A stretch of DNA of 64,000 nt from an uncultured Bacteroidales bacterium (lineage in GTDB: Bacteria > Bacteroidota > Bacteroidia > Bacteroidales > PWNQ01). This document shows positions 11,021 through 20,143 of the stretch, one piece after another. The stretch is from assembly GCA_964477095.1 (NCBI GenBank), contig CAYZDA010000001.1, forward strand, positions 75,570 through 139,569, given 5' to 3'. The notes beneath the pieces are model-generated. The model saw only the letters and a list, made by a program, of their open reading frames with translations, was not told where the DNA came from and made no database searches. Position numbers and translations under genes: made by a program. The first letter of the stretch is position 1. Each line of letters begins with the position of its first letter.

Positions 11021-12985
11021 ATGAAGCGTGTTTTTGCAGCACTTTTGATTATCACCTCAGTTTTGCTATCGCAATCAGCAATAGCACAGGACGACAAAGT
11101 GCTCCTCGTTATTGAAGGAGAGGAGATAACGGTAGATGAATTTATGCGGGTTTATAATAAGAACAACACCATGGGTAACGTGGTTGAGAAAAAGTCCGTG
11201 GAAGAGTATCTCGACCTGTTCATTAACTTTCGCCTAAAAGTTCAGCAGGCAGAAGAGCTCGGGATGGATACCGTTCAGGAATTTAAAGATGAACTGGAAA
11301 ACTACCGCCAGCAGTTGGCTCGTCCCTACCTGATTAATGAAGATGTAAATAATAAACTCATGCGCGAAGCCTATGATCATATGAAATATGATCTTCGCGC
11401 CAGCCATATTCTCATCAGGGTAGAGCCGGATGCATCACCGCAGGACACCACAATAGCTTACAACAAAATAGTTGAAATAAGAGAGCGCATTAAAGCCGGA
11501 GAATCATTTGCTAAAGTAGCTGTGGAGGAGTCCGAGGACAAATCAGCACAGGACCACCAGCAACGCGGAAGGATGATACCAGGCAACAAGGGTGATATAG
11601 GATATTTCACTGTTTTCGATATGGTGTATCCTTTTGAAAAAGCGGCCTATAAGCTGGAGAAAGGCGAATTATCAGCACCGGTGAGAACTCGCTTTGGCTA
11701 TCACATTATCAGGCTAACGGATAAGATCCCGGCAATTGGTACGGTGAAAGTGGCGCATATTATGATTAACAACAGCACCGACTCAGCCAGGGCTGCAAAC
11801 CTTCTGGACAGCATCCGTACTGAGATCAAAAACGGAAATATCAACTGGGATGAAGCTGCGGCAAAATATTCCGATGACAGCAGAACCAAATCACGGGGAG
11901 GGGTATTACCGGAATTTACTTCAAATTCAATGGTGCCATCCTTTATTAAAGCCGTTAGTAAGCTTGAAAATGAAGGCGACGTTTCCAGCCCTGTTCACAC
12001 CTACTACGGAACTCACATTGTAAAGCTGATTTCCAAAGATGTTCCGGGAACATGGGAGGAAGAAAAAGCAATGATAAAAAACAAAATCTCACGCAGTGAC
12101 CGCGCGCAGAAAGCTGAAACCGTATCAGCCCGGAATATCCGTGAAAAATATAAATCAAAGATTTACACAAAAAACAGGGATGTTGTTATTGAAAAAGTGG
12201 ACAGCAATATACTCACCAACGACTGGGATATAAATATTTCGTCACTACCGGATAAACCTGTTTTTAAAATCGGTAATAGAAAATATTCCGTGCGTGATTT
12301 TGGAGCATATCTGGCACAAAATCAAAAGCGCGATGGCAAGGGGGATGCTAAGAGCTATGCCAAAACCGTATTCACGCAGTATGTGGATAAGTTGACCATG
12401 GATTATAAAAATGAGCGACTGGGAGATGAATATCCTGAGTTCAAACAACTACTCGAAGAATATCATGACGGCATTCTCTTGTTTAATCTGATGACAGAGA
12501 AAATATGGTCGAAGGCTATGGAAGATACAGCCGGCCTGCAGCAGTTTTATGAAAAGCATAAAACTGATTTCATGTGGGATAAACGGCTTCATGCTACTAT
12601 TTTTGAGGCAAATACAAAAGAGGCAGCTATTTTCGCACGCCAGCTGGCATTGCAGGGAATGAAACCTGAAGTGATTGCCGATTCAGTGAGCATGGTGGAT
12701 GAATATTCGGTAGCGGTTAAAACACGCAAATTTTCTAAAGATCAGAATAAAACCATTGGACAAATCAAATGGGAAAAAGGGACGACCGATATTAGGGAGG
12801 AAGAAGGTAAATTCATCTTTGTTGACCGGTATGAAATACTACCGCCTCAGCCCAAAAAGCTGAATGAAGTCAGAGGGCAGGTGATTGCACGGTATCAAAA
12901 TTATCTGGAAGAGCAATGGATAAAAAAACTCAGGAAAAAATACGACTTTAAGGTTAACCGGGATGCGCTTGAAAAAATAAAATAA
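11021..12985 (+). CDS. Periplasmic peptidyl-prolyl isomerase/chaperone, PpiD/SurA-like (two parvulin domains)
   Basis: Signal peptide and parvulin motifs ASHILIRV, FGYHIIRL and YGTHIVKL. Confidence 0.85.
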   Translation: MKRVFAALLIITSVLLSQSAIAQDDKVLLVIEGEEITVDEFMRVYNKNNTMGNVVEKKSVEEYLDLFINFRLKVQQAEELGMDTVQEFKDELENYRQQLARPYLINEDVNNKLMREAYDHMKYDLRASHILIRVEPDASPQDTTIAYNKIVEIRERIKAGESFAKVAVEESEDKSAQDHQQRGRMIPGNKGDIGYFTVFDMVYPFEKAAYKLEKGELSAPVRTRFGYHIIRLTDKIPAIGTVKVAHIMINNSTDSARAANLLDSIRTEIKNGNINWDEAAAKYSDDSRTKSRGGVLPEFTSNSMVPSFIKAVSKLENEGDVSSPVHTYYGTHIVKLISKDVPGTWEEEKAMIKNKISRSDRAQKAETVSARNIREKYKSKIYTKNRDVVIEKVDSNILTNDWDINISSLPDKPVFKIGNRKYSVRDFGAYLAQNQKRDGKGDAKSYAKTVFTQYVDKLTMDYKNERLGDEYPEFKQLLEEYHDGILLFNLMTEKIWSKAMEDTAGLQQFYEKHKTDFMWDKRLHATIFEANTKEAAIFARQLALQGMKPEVIADSVSMVDEYSVAVKTRKFSKDQNKTIGQIKWEKGTTDIREEEGKFIFVDRYEILPPQPKKLNEVRGQVIARYQNYLEEQWIKKLRKKYDFKVNRDALEKIK

Positions 12986-13057
12986 CGGGTTCACAATCCA
13001 TCCCGGCATTTTCCGTTTAGAATGAAGCTTTTGAAAAATCGATAAAAACTCTTTAAT

Positions 13058-13924
13058 TTGAATCTTAAAACGATACTGATCATATTTACTGCCAGCCTGG
13101 TCTTTTCAGGATGCCATTGGCTTAATCCAGCTTCGGAGGGCAAAGAGGTGGCACGTGTGGGAGATACGTATCTGTATAAAGATGAGCTGAAAGGCGTTGT
13201 GCCTGCTTCGGGCAGTGCAAAAGACAGTGCAGAGGCTGTTCAGAATTATATCAAAAACTGGATTAAGCAACAGGTTGTACTGCAAAAGGCCGAGGCTAAT
13301 TTGCCGGAATACCAGCTTGACGTGGAACAAAAGCTGGAAGATTATCGCCGGACACTGATAGTGTACAGATATCAAACAGAACTCATCCGGCAGAAGCTTG
13401 ATACCAACGTTTCAAATAAGGAAATCAGAAATTATTACGAAGAGCACAAAGAAGAGTTTAAGCTGCGTGACAATATTGTGAAGGTACAGTATGTGAAGGT
13501 GCGTAAGGATGCACCAAATCAGCGGCAGCTTAAATCTTTCATGAGAAGTGACGATCCGGGAGACCGGCAGAAGTTAAGGGAGTTTTGCGACCGGTATGCA
13601 GTCACTTATTTTCTGGATGACAACTCCTGGCTGTACTTTAATGATCTTCTGAAAGAGATTCCAATAGAAACTTATAATCAGGAGAATTATCTGAAAAACA
13701 ATCGCTATGTGGTTGAGGAAGATTCATTATTCCGCTATTATATTAACATCAAAGGATTCAGGATTAAAGAAAGCCTTTCGCCACTGGCTTTCGAGAAGGG
13801 CAGAATCCGCGATATGATAATCAATAAGCGCAAAATGGAACTGATTTCTTTGATGGAAGATGCAGTATTGAATGAAGCACATAACAAAGGTAATATTGAA
13901 ATATTTAGTCAAAACGGATCATAA
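13058..13924 (+). CDS. Hypothetical lipoprotein, SurA N-terminal-domain-like chaperone
   Basis: TTG start, lipobox LVFSGC, and position between two PPIase genes. The start codon is uncertain. Confidence 0.55.
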   Translation: MNLKTILIIFTASLVFSGCHWLNPASEGKEVARVGDTYLYKDELKGVVPASGSAKDSAEAVQNYIKNWIKQQVVLQKAEANLPEYQLDVEQKLEDYRRTLIVYRYQTELIRQKLDTNVSNKEIRNYYEEHKEEFKLRDNIVKVQYVKVRKDAPNQRQLKSFMRSDDPGDRQKLREFCDRYAVTYFLDDNSWLYFNDLLKEIPIETYNQENYLKNNRYVVEEDSLFRYYINIKGFRIKESLSPLAFEKGRIRDMIINKRKMELISLMEDAVLNEAHNKGNIEIFSQNGS

Positions 13925-13937
13925 AAGAATATCATAT

Positions 13938-15305
13938 ATGAGTAAAAAGAATCTTGTGTTTATCCTTAGCCTGTCTGTTATTATTCTGACAAGTGGAATT
14001 CAAAAACAACTAAAAGGGCAGGAAAATGGAAAGACCATCGATAAAATTGTGGCCATAGTAGGCGATAATGTTATTCTGCATTCTGATATTGAAAACCAGT
14101 ACATGCAGTATGTCATGCAGGGATATACACAAAAAGGAGAAATCCACTGCCAGATTTTCGAAGAATTGCTTTTTCAGAAGATGCTTCTGAATAAGGCAGA
14201 AGTTGACAGTATCACCGTAACACCATCACAGGTAAACTCGGAACTTGACCGCCGGATGCGTTATTTTATCCGTCAGATCGGCTCACCTGAAAAGCTGGAA
14301 GAATATTACAATAAATCCATAGTAGAGCTTAAGGATGAACTGCGGGGCAGCATAAGGGAGCAATTGCTGGTTAGCCAGGTTCAACGGACATTAACCGATG
14401 AAATTACAATTACACCTTCTGAAGTGAAAGATTTTTTCAATGAACTTCCAAAGGATTCACTTCCGGTTATTCCGCAGCAGTTTCAAATAGCCGAAATTAC
14501 TTTAGTGCCGGAGGTAAGCCATGAGGATGAGGTTAAGATCAAAACCAGGTTGCGTGAATTGCGTGAGCGTATTATCAACGGCTCTTCATTTAAATTGCTG
14601 GCGGAATTATACTCGGAAGACCCGGGATCAGCTGAAGAAGGAGGTGAGTTAGGCATGTTTACCAAAGGTGAGATGTATCCTGAATTCGAAGAAGCTGCCT
14701 TTAAACTTGAGGTTGGGGAAGTTTCACCCATAGTGGAAACCGAAGCCGGTTTTCACATCATACAAATGATTGACAGGGAAGGCGAGTACATCAATGTGAG
14801 GCATATACTGCTTATGAAGAAGGTTTCGGGCCGGCGGCTTATGGAAGCACAATTTGAGCTGGATAGCATCAGAAATATGATCAGGGAAATAGATACACTA
14901 ACCTTTGCCATAGCAGCAAGGGAGTATTCTGATACCTATGATGAAACCAGCGCAGGCATTGTTCTTAATCCGCAAACAGGCAGTACAAAGTTTTCTCCTG
15001 AAGAAATGGAAAAACAAATGTATTTTGCGGTGGATGACCTGGAGGAAGGAGAAATATCAGAGCCTGTGAGCCACACTACACAATCAGGTGCCAAAGCTAT
15101 CAGGATTTATAAGATGCTGGAAAAAACCGAGCCACACCGGGCTAACCTGGATGATGATTATGATAAGATCAAGTCATCCGCACTGGAAAGAAAGAAAAGC
15201 CTGAAGATTAAGGACTGGGTGAACACAAAAAGTAAGGAAACGTTCATCAAAGTGTTGGATGACAGGTACAAACAATGTGATTTTACGTATAACTGGTTTG
15301 AATAA
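13938..15305 (+). CDS. surA: Peptidyl-prolyl isomerase SurA-like
   Basis: Start trimmed to MSKKNLVFILSL (signal peptide). Parvulin motif EAGFHIIQM and a SurA-like N-terminal chaperone region. Confidence 0.8.
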   Translation: MSKKNLVFILSLSVIILTSGIQKQLKGQENGKTIDKIVAIVGDNVILHSDIENQYMQYVMQGYTQKGEIHCQIFEELLFQKMLLNKAEVDSITVTPSQVNSELDRRMRYFIRQIGSPEKLEEYYNKSIVELKDELRGSIREQLLVSQVQRTLTDEITITPSEVKDFFNELPKDSLPVIPQQFQIAEITLVPEVSHEDEVKIKTRLRELRERIINGSSFKLLAELYSEDPGSAEEGGELGMFTKGEMYPEFEEAAFKLEVGEVSPIVETEAGFHIIQMIDREGEYINVRHILLMKKVSGRRLMEAQFELDSIRNMIREIDTLTFAIAAREYSDTYDETSAGIVLNPQTGSTKFSPEEMEKQMYFAVDDLEEGEISEPVSHTTQSGAKAIRIYKMLEKTEPHRANLDDDYDKIKSSALERKKSLKIKDWVNTKSKETFIKVLDDRYKQCDFTYNWFE

Positions 15306-15311
15306 TTAGAT

Positions 15312-16289
15312 ATGAGTCAGGATAATTCAAAGGCAGACGATCTTCAGCTTTTTTCGAAGAAATATTCAGGGTTAAGGAATGAAATTTCCCGTATCGTTGT
15401 GGGACAGGATGAGGTAGTGGAAAACCTGCTGGTTTCCATATTCAGTCGTGGGCACTGCCTGCTGGTGGGTGTACCAGGGCTTGCTAAAACGCTTATGGTG
15501 AATACCCTTGCCAGTGTGCTGGGGTTAAAATACAGCCGTATTCAGTTCACGCCTGATCTGATGCCTTCGGATATCATTGGAACGGAAATACTGGACGAAA
15601 GCAGGAATTTCCGCTTTAACCAGGGGCCCGTTTTTGCCAATATTATCCTGGCAGATGAGATAAACAGAACACCCCCCAAAACCCAGTCGGCCTTGCTGGA
15701 GGCGATGCAGGAAAAAAGTGTAACCGTGGCGGGGAAGCAATATCTGTTGGAAAAGCCTTTCTTTGTGCTGGCTACACAAAACCCCATCGAGCAGGAGGGA
15801 ACCTATCCTCTGCCTGAAGCTCAACTCGACCGTTTTATGTTTAATGTGATGCTTGATTATCCCTCAAGGGAACAGGAGCTGCAGATTGTGAAAGAAACCA
15901 CCGTCGGAAAAGTTGTAGATCTTCAGGAGATAATCAGCAGAGAAGATATCATCAGCTTTCAGAATATGATCGAGAAGCTTCCCGTACCTGATAATGTGTA
16001 TCAATATGCAGTGGATCTGGTGGCCAAAACCCGTCCCGGAACAGATGCCGCTCATCCATGGGCAAATGAATATCTTTCATGGGGGGCAGGCCCAAGAGCA
16101 TCTCAGTATCTTGTGGTAAGTGCTAAAACGCATGCCGCTATCCACGGCAAATATTCCCCCGATATCGAAAATGTGAAAGCGGTGAGTGCTGGCATTTTGC
16201 GTCACCGGATCATTAAAAACTATAAGGCTGAGGCTGAGGATATTTCCATAGAGGACATTATCCGTGAACTGGTCGATCACAGCAGCTAA
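15312..16289 (+). CDS. MoxR-family AAA+ ATPase
   Basis: Walker A GVPGLAKT, Walker B/sensor ILADEINRTPPKTQSALLEAMQE. 325 aa. Confidence 0.9.
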   Translation: MSQDNSKADDLQLFSKKYSGLRNEISRIVVGQDEVVENLLVSIFSRGHCLLVGVPGLAKTLMVNTLASVLGLKYSRIQFTPDLMPSDIIGTEILDESRNFRFNQGPVFANIILADEINRTPPKTQSALLEAMQEKSVTVAGKQYLLEKPFFVLATQNPIEQEGTYPLPEAQLDRFMFNVMLDYPSREQELQIVKETTVGKVVDLQEIISREDIISFQNMIEKLPVPDNVYQYAVDLVAKTRPGTDAAHPWANEYLSWGAGPRASQYLVVSAKTHAAIHGKYSPDIENVKAVSAGILRHRIIKNYKAEAEDISIEDIIRELVDHSS

Positions 16290-16396
16290 TGACTGCGGTT
16301 TTTTGCCAGTGCCCTTTTTCATATTATCTTTACGCCTGGCATCTTGCCGGGAAACATTTTTTTCTGAATGATTTAAACATCATAAACTGCCCTGCC

Positions 16397-18310
16397 ATGC
16401 AAATTATACCGCATGTTTTTAAAAGAAGTGCTGAAAAGTATCCCACCAATGTTATGATGTGGGAACATGACGGAGAAGGCTATAAGCCTTCCACCTACCG
16501 CGAAATGTACGACCTTAGCAGATGGTTTACTGCCGGCCTTAAGCAGCTGGGGCTGGAGAAAGGTGAAAAAGTAGCCTTGCTGGCGGAAGGCCGCAATAAA
16601 TGGGTGGTAGCTGAATTCGGTGTGATTAGCTGCGGAGCTGTGAGTGTGCCCCTTTCAGTAAAACTGAATGAGCCGCAGGAGCTGGAGTTCAGGATTAATC
16701 ATTCGGAAAGCTCGTGTGTGATTGTTTCTGCCGCACAGGCTGAAAAGATCCGGAATATCCGTGCTGAGCTGACCTACCTGAAACACCTTATCATAATGGA
16801 CGCAAAGGCTGTACAGGGAGATGAGCTGTCCATGGATGATATAACAGAAAGAGGCAGAAAGGCATTGAATGAAGATCCCACCCTGTTTGAGAAAATTATT
16901 GCTGAGCTGGATCAGGATGATACGGTGAATATCTGCTATACATCCGGCACCACAGCTGATCCCAAAGGGATCATGCTTTCCCATCGAAATTATCTTACCA
17001 ACACCAGGCAGGCTACTGCTATTTTCGATGTGCCGGATTATTACTGTTCTTTGCTCATTTTACCCTGGGATCATTCTTTTGCCCACACAGTGGGAGTTTA
17101 CACCCTAATGACTGCAGGAGCTTCTATGGCCTCGGTGCAGGGAGGAAAATCCCCGATGGAAACCCTGAGGAATATCCCGCAGAATATTAAAGAAATTAAG
17201 CCTCATTTTCTGCTGAGTGTGCCTGCCCTGGCTAAAAACTTCAGAAAAAACATTGAAAAAGGGGTACGTGATGCCGGGGGAATCAGAGCGATTAAATTGT
17301 TTAATGCCGGTCTGGCCGTAGCCTACAAATATAATCGTGAAGGCTACAACAAAGGTGGGGGCTTTCGTTCCTTTTTAAGGGTTCCTTATGCTTTTTATGA
17401 AAGGATATTGTTCCGGAAAATCAAGGCAAATTTCGGAGGACGGCTCAGGTTCTTTGTTGGCGGAGGTGCGCTGCTCGATCTTGAATTGCAACGTTTTTTC
17501 TATGCCATAGGCATCCCGATGTTTCAGGGTTATGGCCTGTCAGAGGCAGCTCCCATAGTTTCTGCCAATACCCCTGATGTGCATAAGCTTGGGTCTTCTG
17601 GTAAAATTGTGCCGGAGCTGGAGGTAAAGATTTGTGATGCAGACGGGAATGCTCTGCCCATTGGTGAAAAGGGCGAAATTGTGATTAAAGGTGATAACGT
17701 AATGCAGGGCTACTGGAAGAATCAAGCGGGCACAGATGAAGTGCTGAAAGATGGATGGCTGTTTACGGGTGATATGGGTTATTTTGATGAAGATGGCTTT
17801 TTGTATGTTACCGGTAGATTTAAAAGCCTGCTGATTGGTAGCGACGGGGAAAAATATTCGCCCGAAGGAATAGAAGAGGCTATCATAGAACATAGCCGCT
17901 ATGTGGACCAGCTGATGTTATACAACAACCAGTCGCCACAAACTGTCTGTTTGCTGGTACCCAATAAGGATGCTCTGAAGCGGTGGCTGAAAAACAAACA
18001 CGGAAAAGATACCAACGCTGCTGACGCCGTGGATTTATGCATCAGTAAGTTAAAAAAGGAACTTGAACCCTGGTATGCCGGTGGTGAAAAGGAAGCGCAG
18101 TTTCCACAACGCTGGCTTCCTGCTTCAGTGGCTATATTATCCGAGCCATTCAGCGAGCAGAATAAGCTGTTGAATTCAACCATGAAGATGGTACGCGGAA
18201 GGATTATCGAAACTTACAAGGGCAGGTTGCAGGGTTTGTTTTCTCCCATAGCACGGGATATGAATAACGAACCGAACCGCAGGGAACTTCAGAAAATACT
18301 CCAGGGATAA
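16397..18310 (+). CDS. Long-chain-fatty-acid--CoA ligase (AMP-binding enzyme)
   Basis: Start trimmed to MQIIPHVF. AMP-binding motif YTSGTTADPKG and TGDMGYFDEDGFLYVTGRFK. Confidence 0.85.
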   Translation: MQIIPHVFKRSAEKYPTNVMMWEHDGEGYKPSTYREMYDLSRWFTAGLKQLGLEKGEKVALLAEGRNKWVVAEFGVISCGAVSVPLSVKLNEPQELEFRINHSESSCVIVSAAQAEKIRNIRAELTYLKHLIIMDAKAVQGDELSMDDITERGRKALNEDPTLFEKIIAELDQDDTVNICYTSGTTADPKGIMLSHRNYLTNTRQATAIFDVPDYYCSLLILPWDHSFAHTVGVYTLMTAGASMASVQGGKSPMETLRNIPQNIKEIKPHFLLSVPALAKNFRKNIEKGVRDAGGIRAIKLFNAGLAVAYKYNREGYNKGGGFRSFLRVPYAFYERILFRKIKANFGGRLRFFVGGGALLDLELQRFFYAIGIPMFQGYGLSEAAPIVSANTPDVHKLGSSGKIVPELEVKICDADGNALPIGEKGEIVIKGDNVMQGYWKNQAGTDEVLKDGWLFTGDMGYFDEDGFLYVTGRFKSLLIGSDGEKYSPEGIEEAIIEHSRYVDQLMLYNNQSPQTVCLLVPNKDALKRWLKNKHGKDTNAADAVDLCISKLKKELEPWYAGGEKEAQFPQRWLPASVAILSEPFSEQNKLLNSTMKMVRGRIIETYKGRLQGLFSPIARDMNNEPNRRELQKILQG

Positions 18311-18344
18311 AAAAGAGCCGCTTTTTGGTGACAAAAAGCGGCTT
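18311..18344. terminator. Bidirectional rho-independent terminator between convergent genes
   Basis: GCCGCTTTTT (18317-18326) pairs with AAAAAGCGGC (18333-18342). A/T runs lie on both sides. Confidence 0.65.
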
Positions 18345-18365
18345 AATATTTTCAGATGATTGTTG

Positions 18366-19217
18366 TCAGAAAGAAGGAATAATTGATGGGGTCGGCCTGC
18401 GCCCCCTGCGGTTGGGATTAAATCCAAAACTGTACATCAATGTGAGCGTTGGCATAAAATAAGCATCATTATCCTCATTGGTGGGATTGGGCTGCCAGTT
18501 TCCGGCATGGTCCTGACGGTAGCCCAAACGGCCTTCAATAAAATCATGATCAGTGTAGTAAATAAGCCCTTCCAGATTAACCTCAAAATGTTCCGAGAAC
18601 TGGAATTTCACACCAGCTCCCACTGGCAGAATTAGTGCATTATGGGCATATTCGCCGTCTTCATCCACTTTTGTTTCGTATTCATTGTCTCTGGTTACAA
18701 CATTTCCCTCTACATCCACTATCAGGCCTTCTTCTGTAACCGTATATGGGTCACCCTGCTCGTCGTATAAATTACGACGTGTGCTGAAAAACATAACCCC
18801 GAAACCGGCAGACAGGTAGGGTGATATAAATGAATTAGGCTTCAAATTAAGGATTCCGTCAAAGTGCAATCTGAAATTCAGGCTAAAATGCCCGAAATAG
18901 GATTTGAAATCAGCCAGATAATAATTTGGGTTATTATACTTTTGAGCCAGAATACCACCGGCAGAATTGAATTCCACGGCGAATGAACGGGTAAGTCGAT
19001 AGTCAGTTTTCAATGTCAGGGCAGGCCGGATAACTCCTTTTTCAGCACTTCCAATATCGCCCAGGAAGTAGGTACCTGCAAATCCCAGACCTATGGCAGG
19101 ATGTTTTTGGATGGGATTATTGCGGTAGTAACTATTGCGGCCGAAGTTAAACGGCTGAGAAAAAGCACTAATGGCTATCAGTGTAAAAAGGATAAGTATA
19201 GTGATCTTTTTTATCAT
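18366..19217 (-). CDS. Outer-membrane beta-barrel protein (porin-family), hypothetical
   Basis: Start trimmed to MIKKITILILFTLIAISAFSQ. Alternating amphipathic strands and a C-terminal aromatic residue (IIPSF). Confidence 0.6.
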   Translation of the reverse strand: MIKKITILILFTLIAISAFSQPFNFGRNSYYRNNPIQKHPAIGLGFAGTYFLGDIGSAEKGVIRPALTLKTDYRLTRSFAVEFNSAGGILAQKYNNPNYYLADFKSYFGHFSLNFRLHFDGILNLKPNSFISPYLSAGFGVMFFSTRRNLYDEQGDPYTVTEEGLIVDVEGNVVTRDNEYETKVDEDGEYAHNALILPVGAGVKFQFSEHFEVNLEGLIYYTDHDFIEGRLGYRQDHAGNWQPNPTNEDNDAYFMPTLTLMYSFGFNPNRRGRRPTPSIIPSF

Positions 19218-19310
19218 TGTGTAAAAGATTTGTACATGAAATATATCGGCATGAAGTTTATGAGCAAACAAATATAATGCATAAGAGAGAGATTTTAAAA
19301 TTTTATTCTG

Positions 19311-20036
19311 TCAGAAGTTGGGTTTTAGTGAATATTTTTCATAAAAAGTAGTGATGGCTTCAACTGCTTCATCTGGTGTGTCCACGATTTTGGCAATATC
19401 GATATCCTCGGGGCTTATATTTTTTTCTTCCAGCAATTTATTTTTGAGCCAGCTAACCATATCCGTCCAGTAATCTTTTGCCACCAACACAATGGGAAAA
19501 TGAACCATTTTTTGTGTTTGTATCAGGGTAATGGCCTCAAACAACTCATCAAGTGTTCCGTATCCACCGGGCATTACTATGTATCCCTGGGAATATTTCA
19601 TAAACATGATCTTGCGTATGAAAAAATAGTCAAATGTAAACAGCTTATCCTGGTCAATAAATCTGTTGGATGACTGTTCAAAGGGCAAAGCGATGTTCAT
19701 ACCAACGGATTTGCCGTTTCCTTTGGAGGCTCCTTTATTGGCTGCTTCCATAATGCCGGGGCCTCCTCCGGTGATAATGCCGAAGCCGTGTTTGGTGAGC
19801 TTAAAGGCAATTTCTTCTGCCATTTTGTAATACCGGTGTTGTGGTTTTGTGCGCGCGGACCCGAAAATTGATACACAAGGACCTATGCGTGCCAGTTTCT
19901 CAAAACCACCTACGACTTCTGAAATAATCTTGAATATCTGCCATGAATCATTGGTCTTAATCTCATTCCAATCCTTGGCTAAAAATGCCCTGCGGATTTT
20001 TTCCTCTTCATTCAAATTCTGATAATCATCTGTCAT
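19311..20036 (-). CDS. LOG family / TIGR00730 Rossmann-fold protein (cytokinin riboside 5'-monophosphate phosphoribohydrolase-like)
   Basis: Motifs GGGPGIMEA and PGGYGTLDEL. Confidence 0.85.
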   Translation of the reverse strand: MTDDYQNLNEEEKIRRAFLAKDWNEIKTNDSWQIFKIISEVVGGFEKLARIGPCVSIFGSARTKPQHRYYKMAEEIAFKLTKHGFGIITGGGPGIMEAANKGASKGNGKSVGMNIALPFEQSSNRFIDQDKLFTFDYFFIRKIMFMKYSQGYIVMPGGYGTLDELFEAITLIQTQKMVHFPIVLVAKDYWTDMVSWLKNKLLEEKNISPEDIDIAKIVDTPDEAVEAITTFYEKYSLKPNF

Positions 20037-20143
20037 CGTTATAAAATTAAGAATTTTAGCCCAAACCTACATAATTTTTCTAAACAATTGCTTAAAAATT
20101 GCCTGTTTCATACGGATTTATGCAGTAGCCGTTATTTGATCTT

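Noticed and set aside
13872-13937. N-terminal extensions offered by the ORF track. They affect surA-like (13872), acyl-CoA ligase (16289), OMP (19271), methyltransferase (27136), PNPOx (27164 TTG), mnmA (28872), exchanger (30893 TTG), EEP nuclease (35866), OmpA (38088), serS (47897 GTG) and rfaE2-like (61669).
   Set aside because: In each case an internal ATG gives the canonical N-terminus, such as a signal peptide, lipobox, PP-loop or family-typical start. The extension is non-conserved-looking and overlaps the upstream gene or promoter box.
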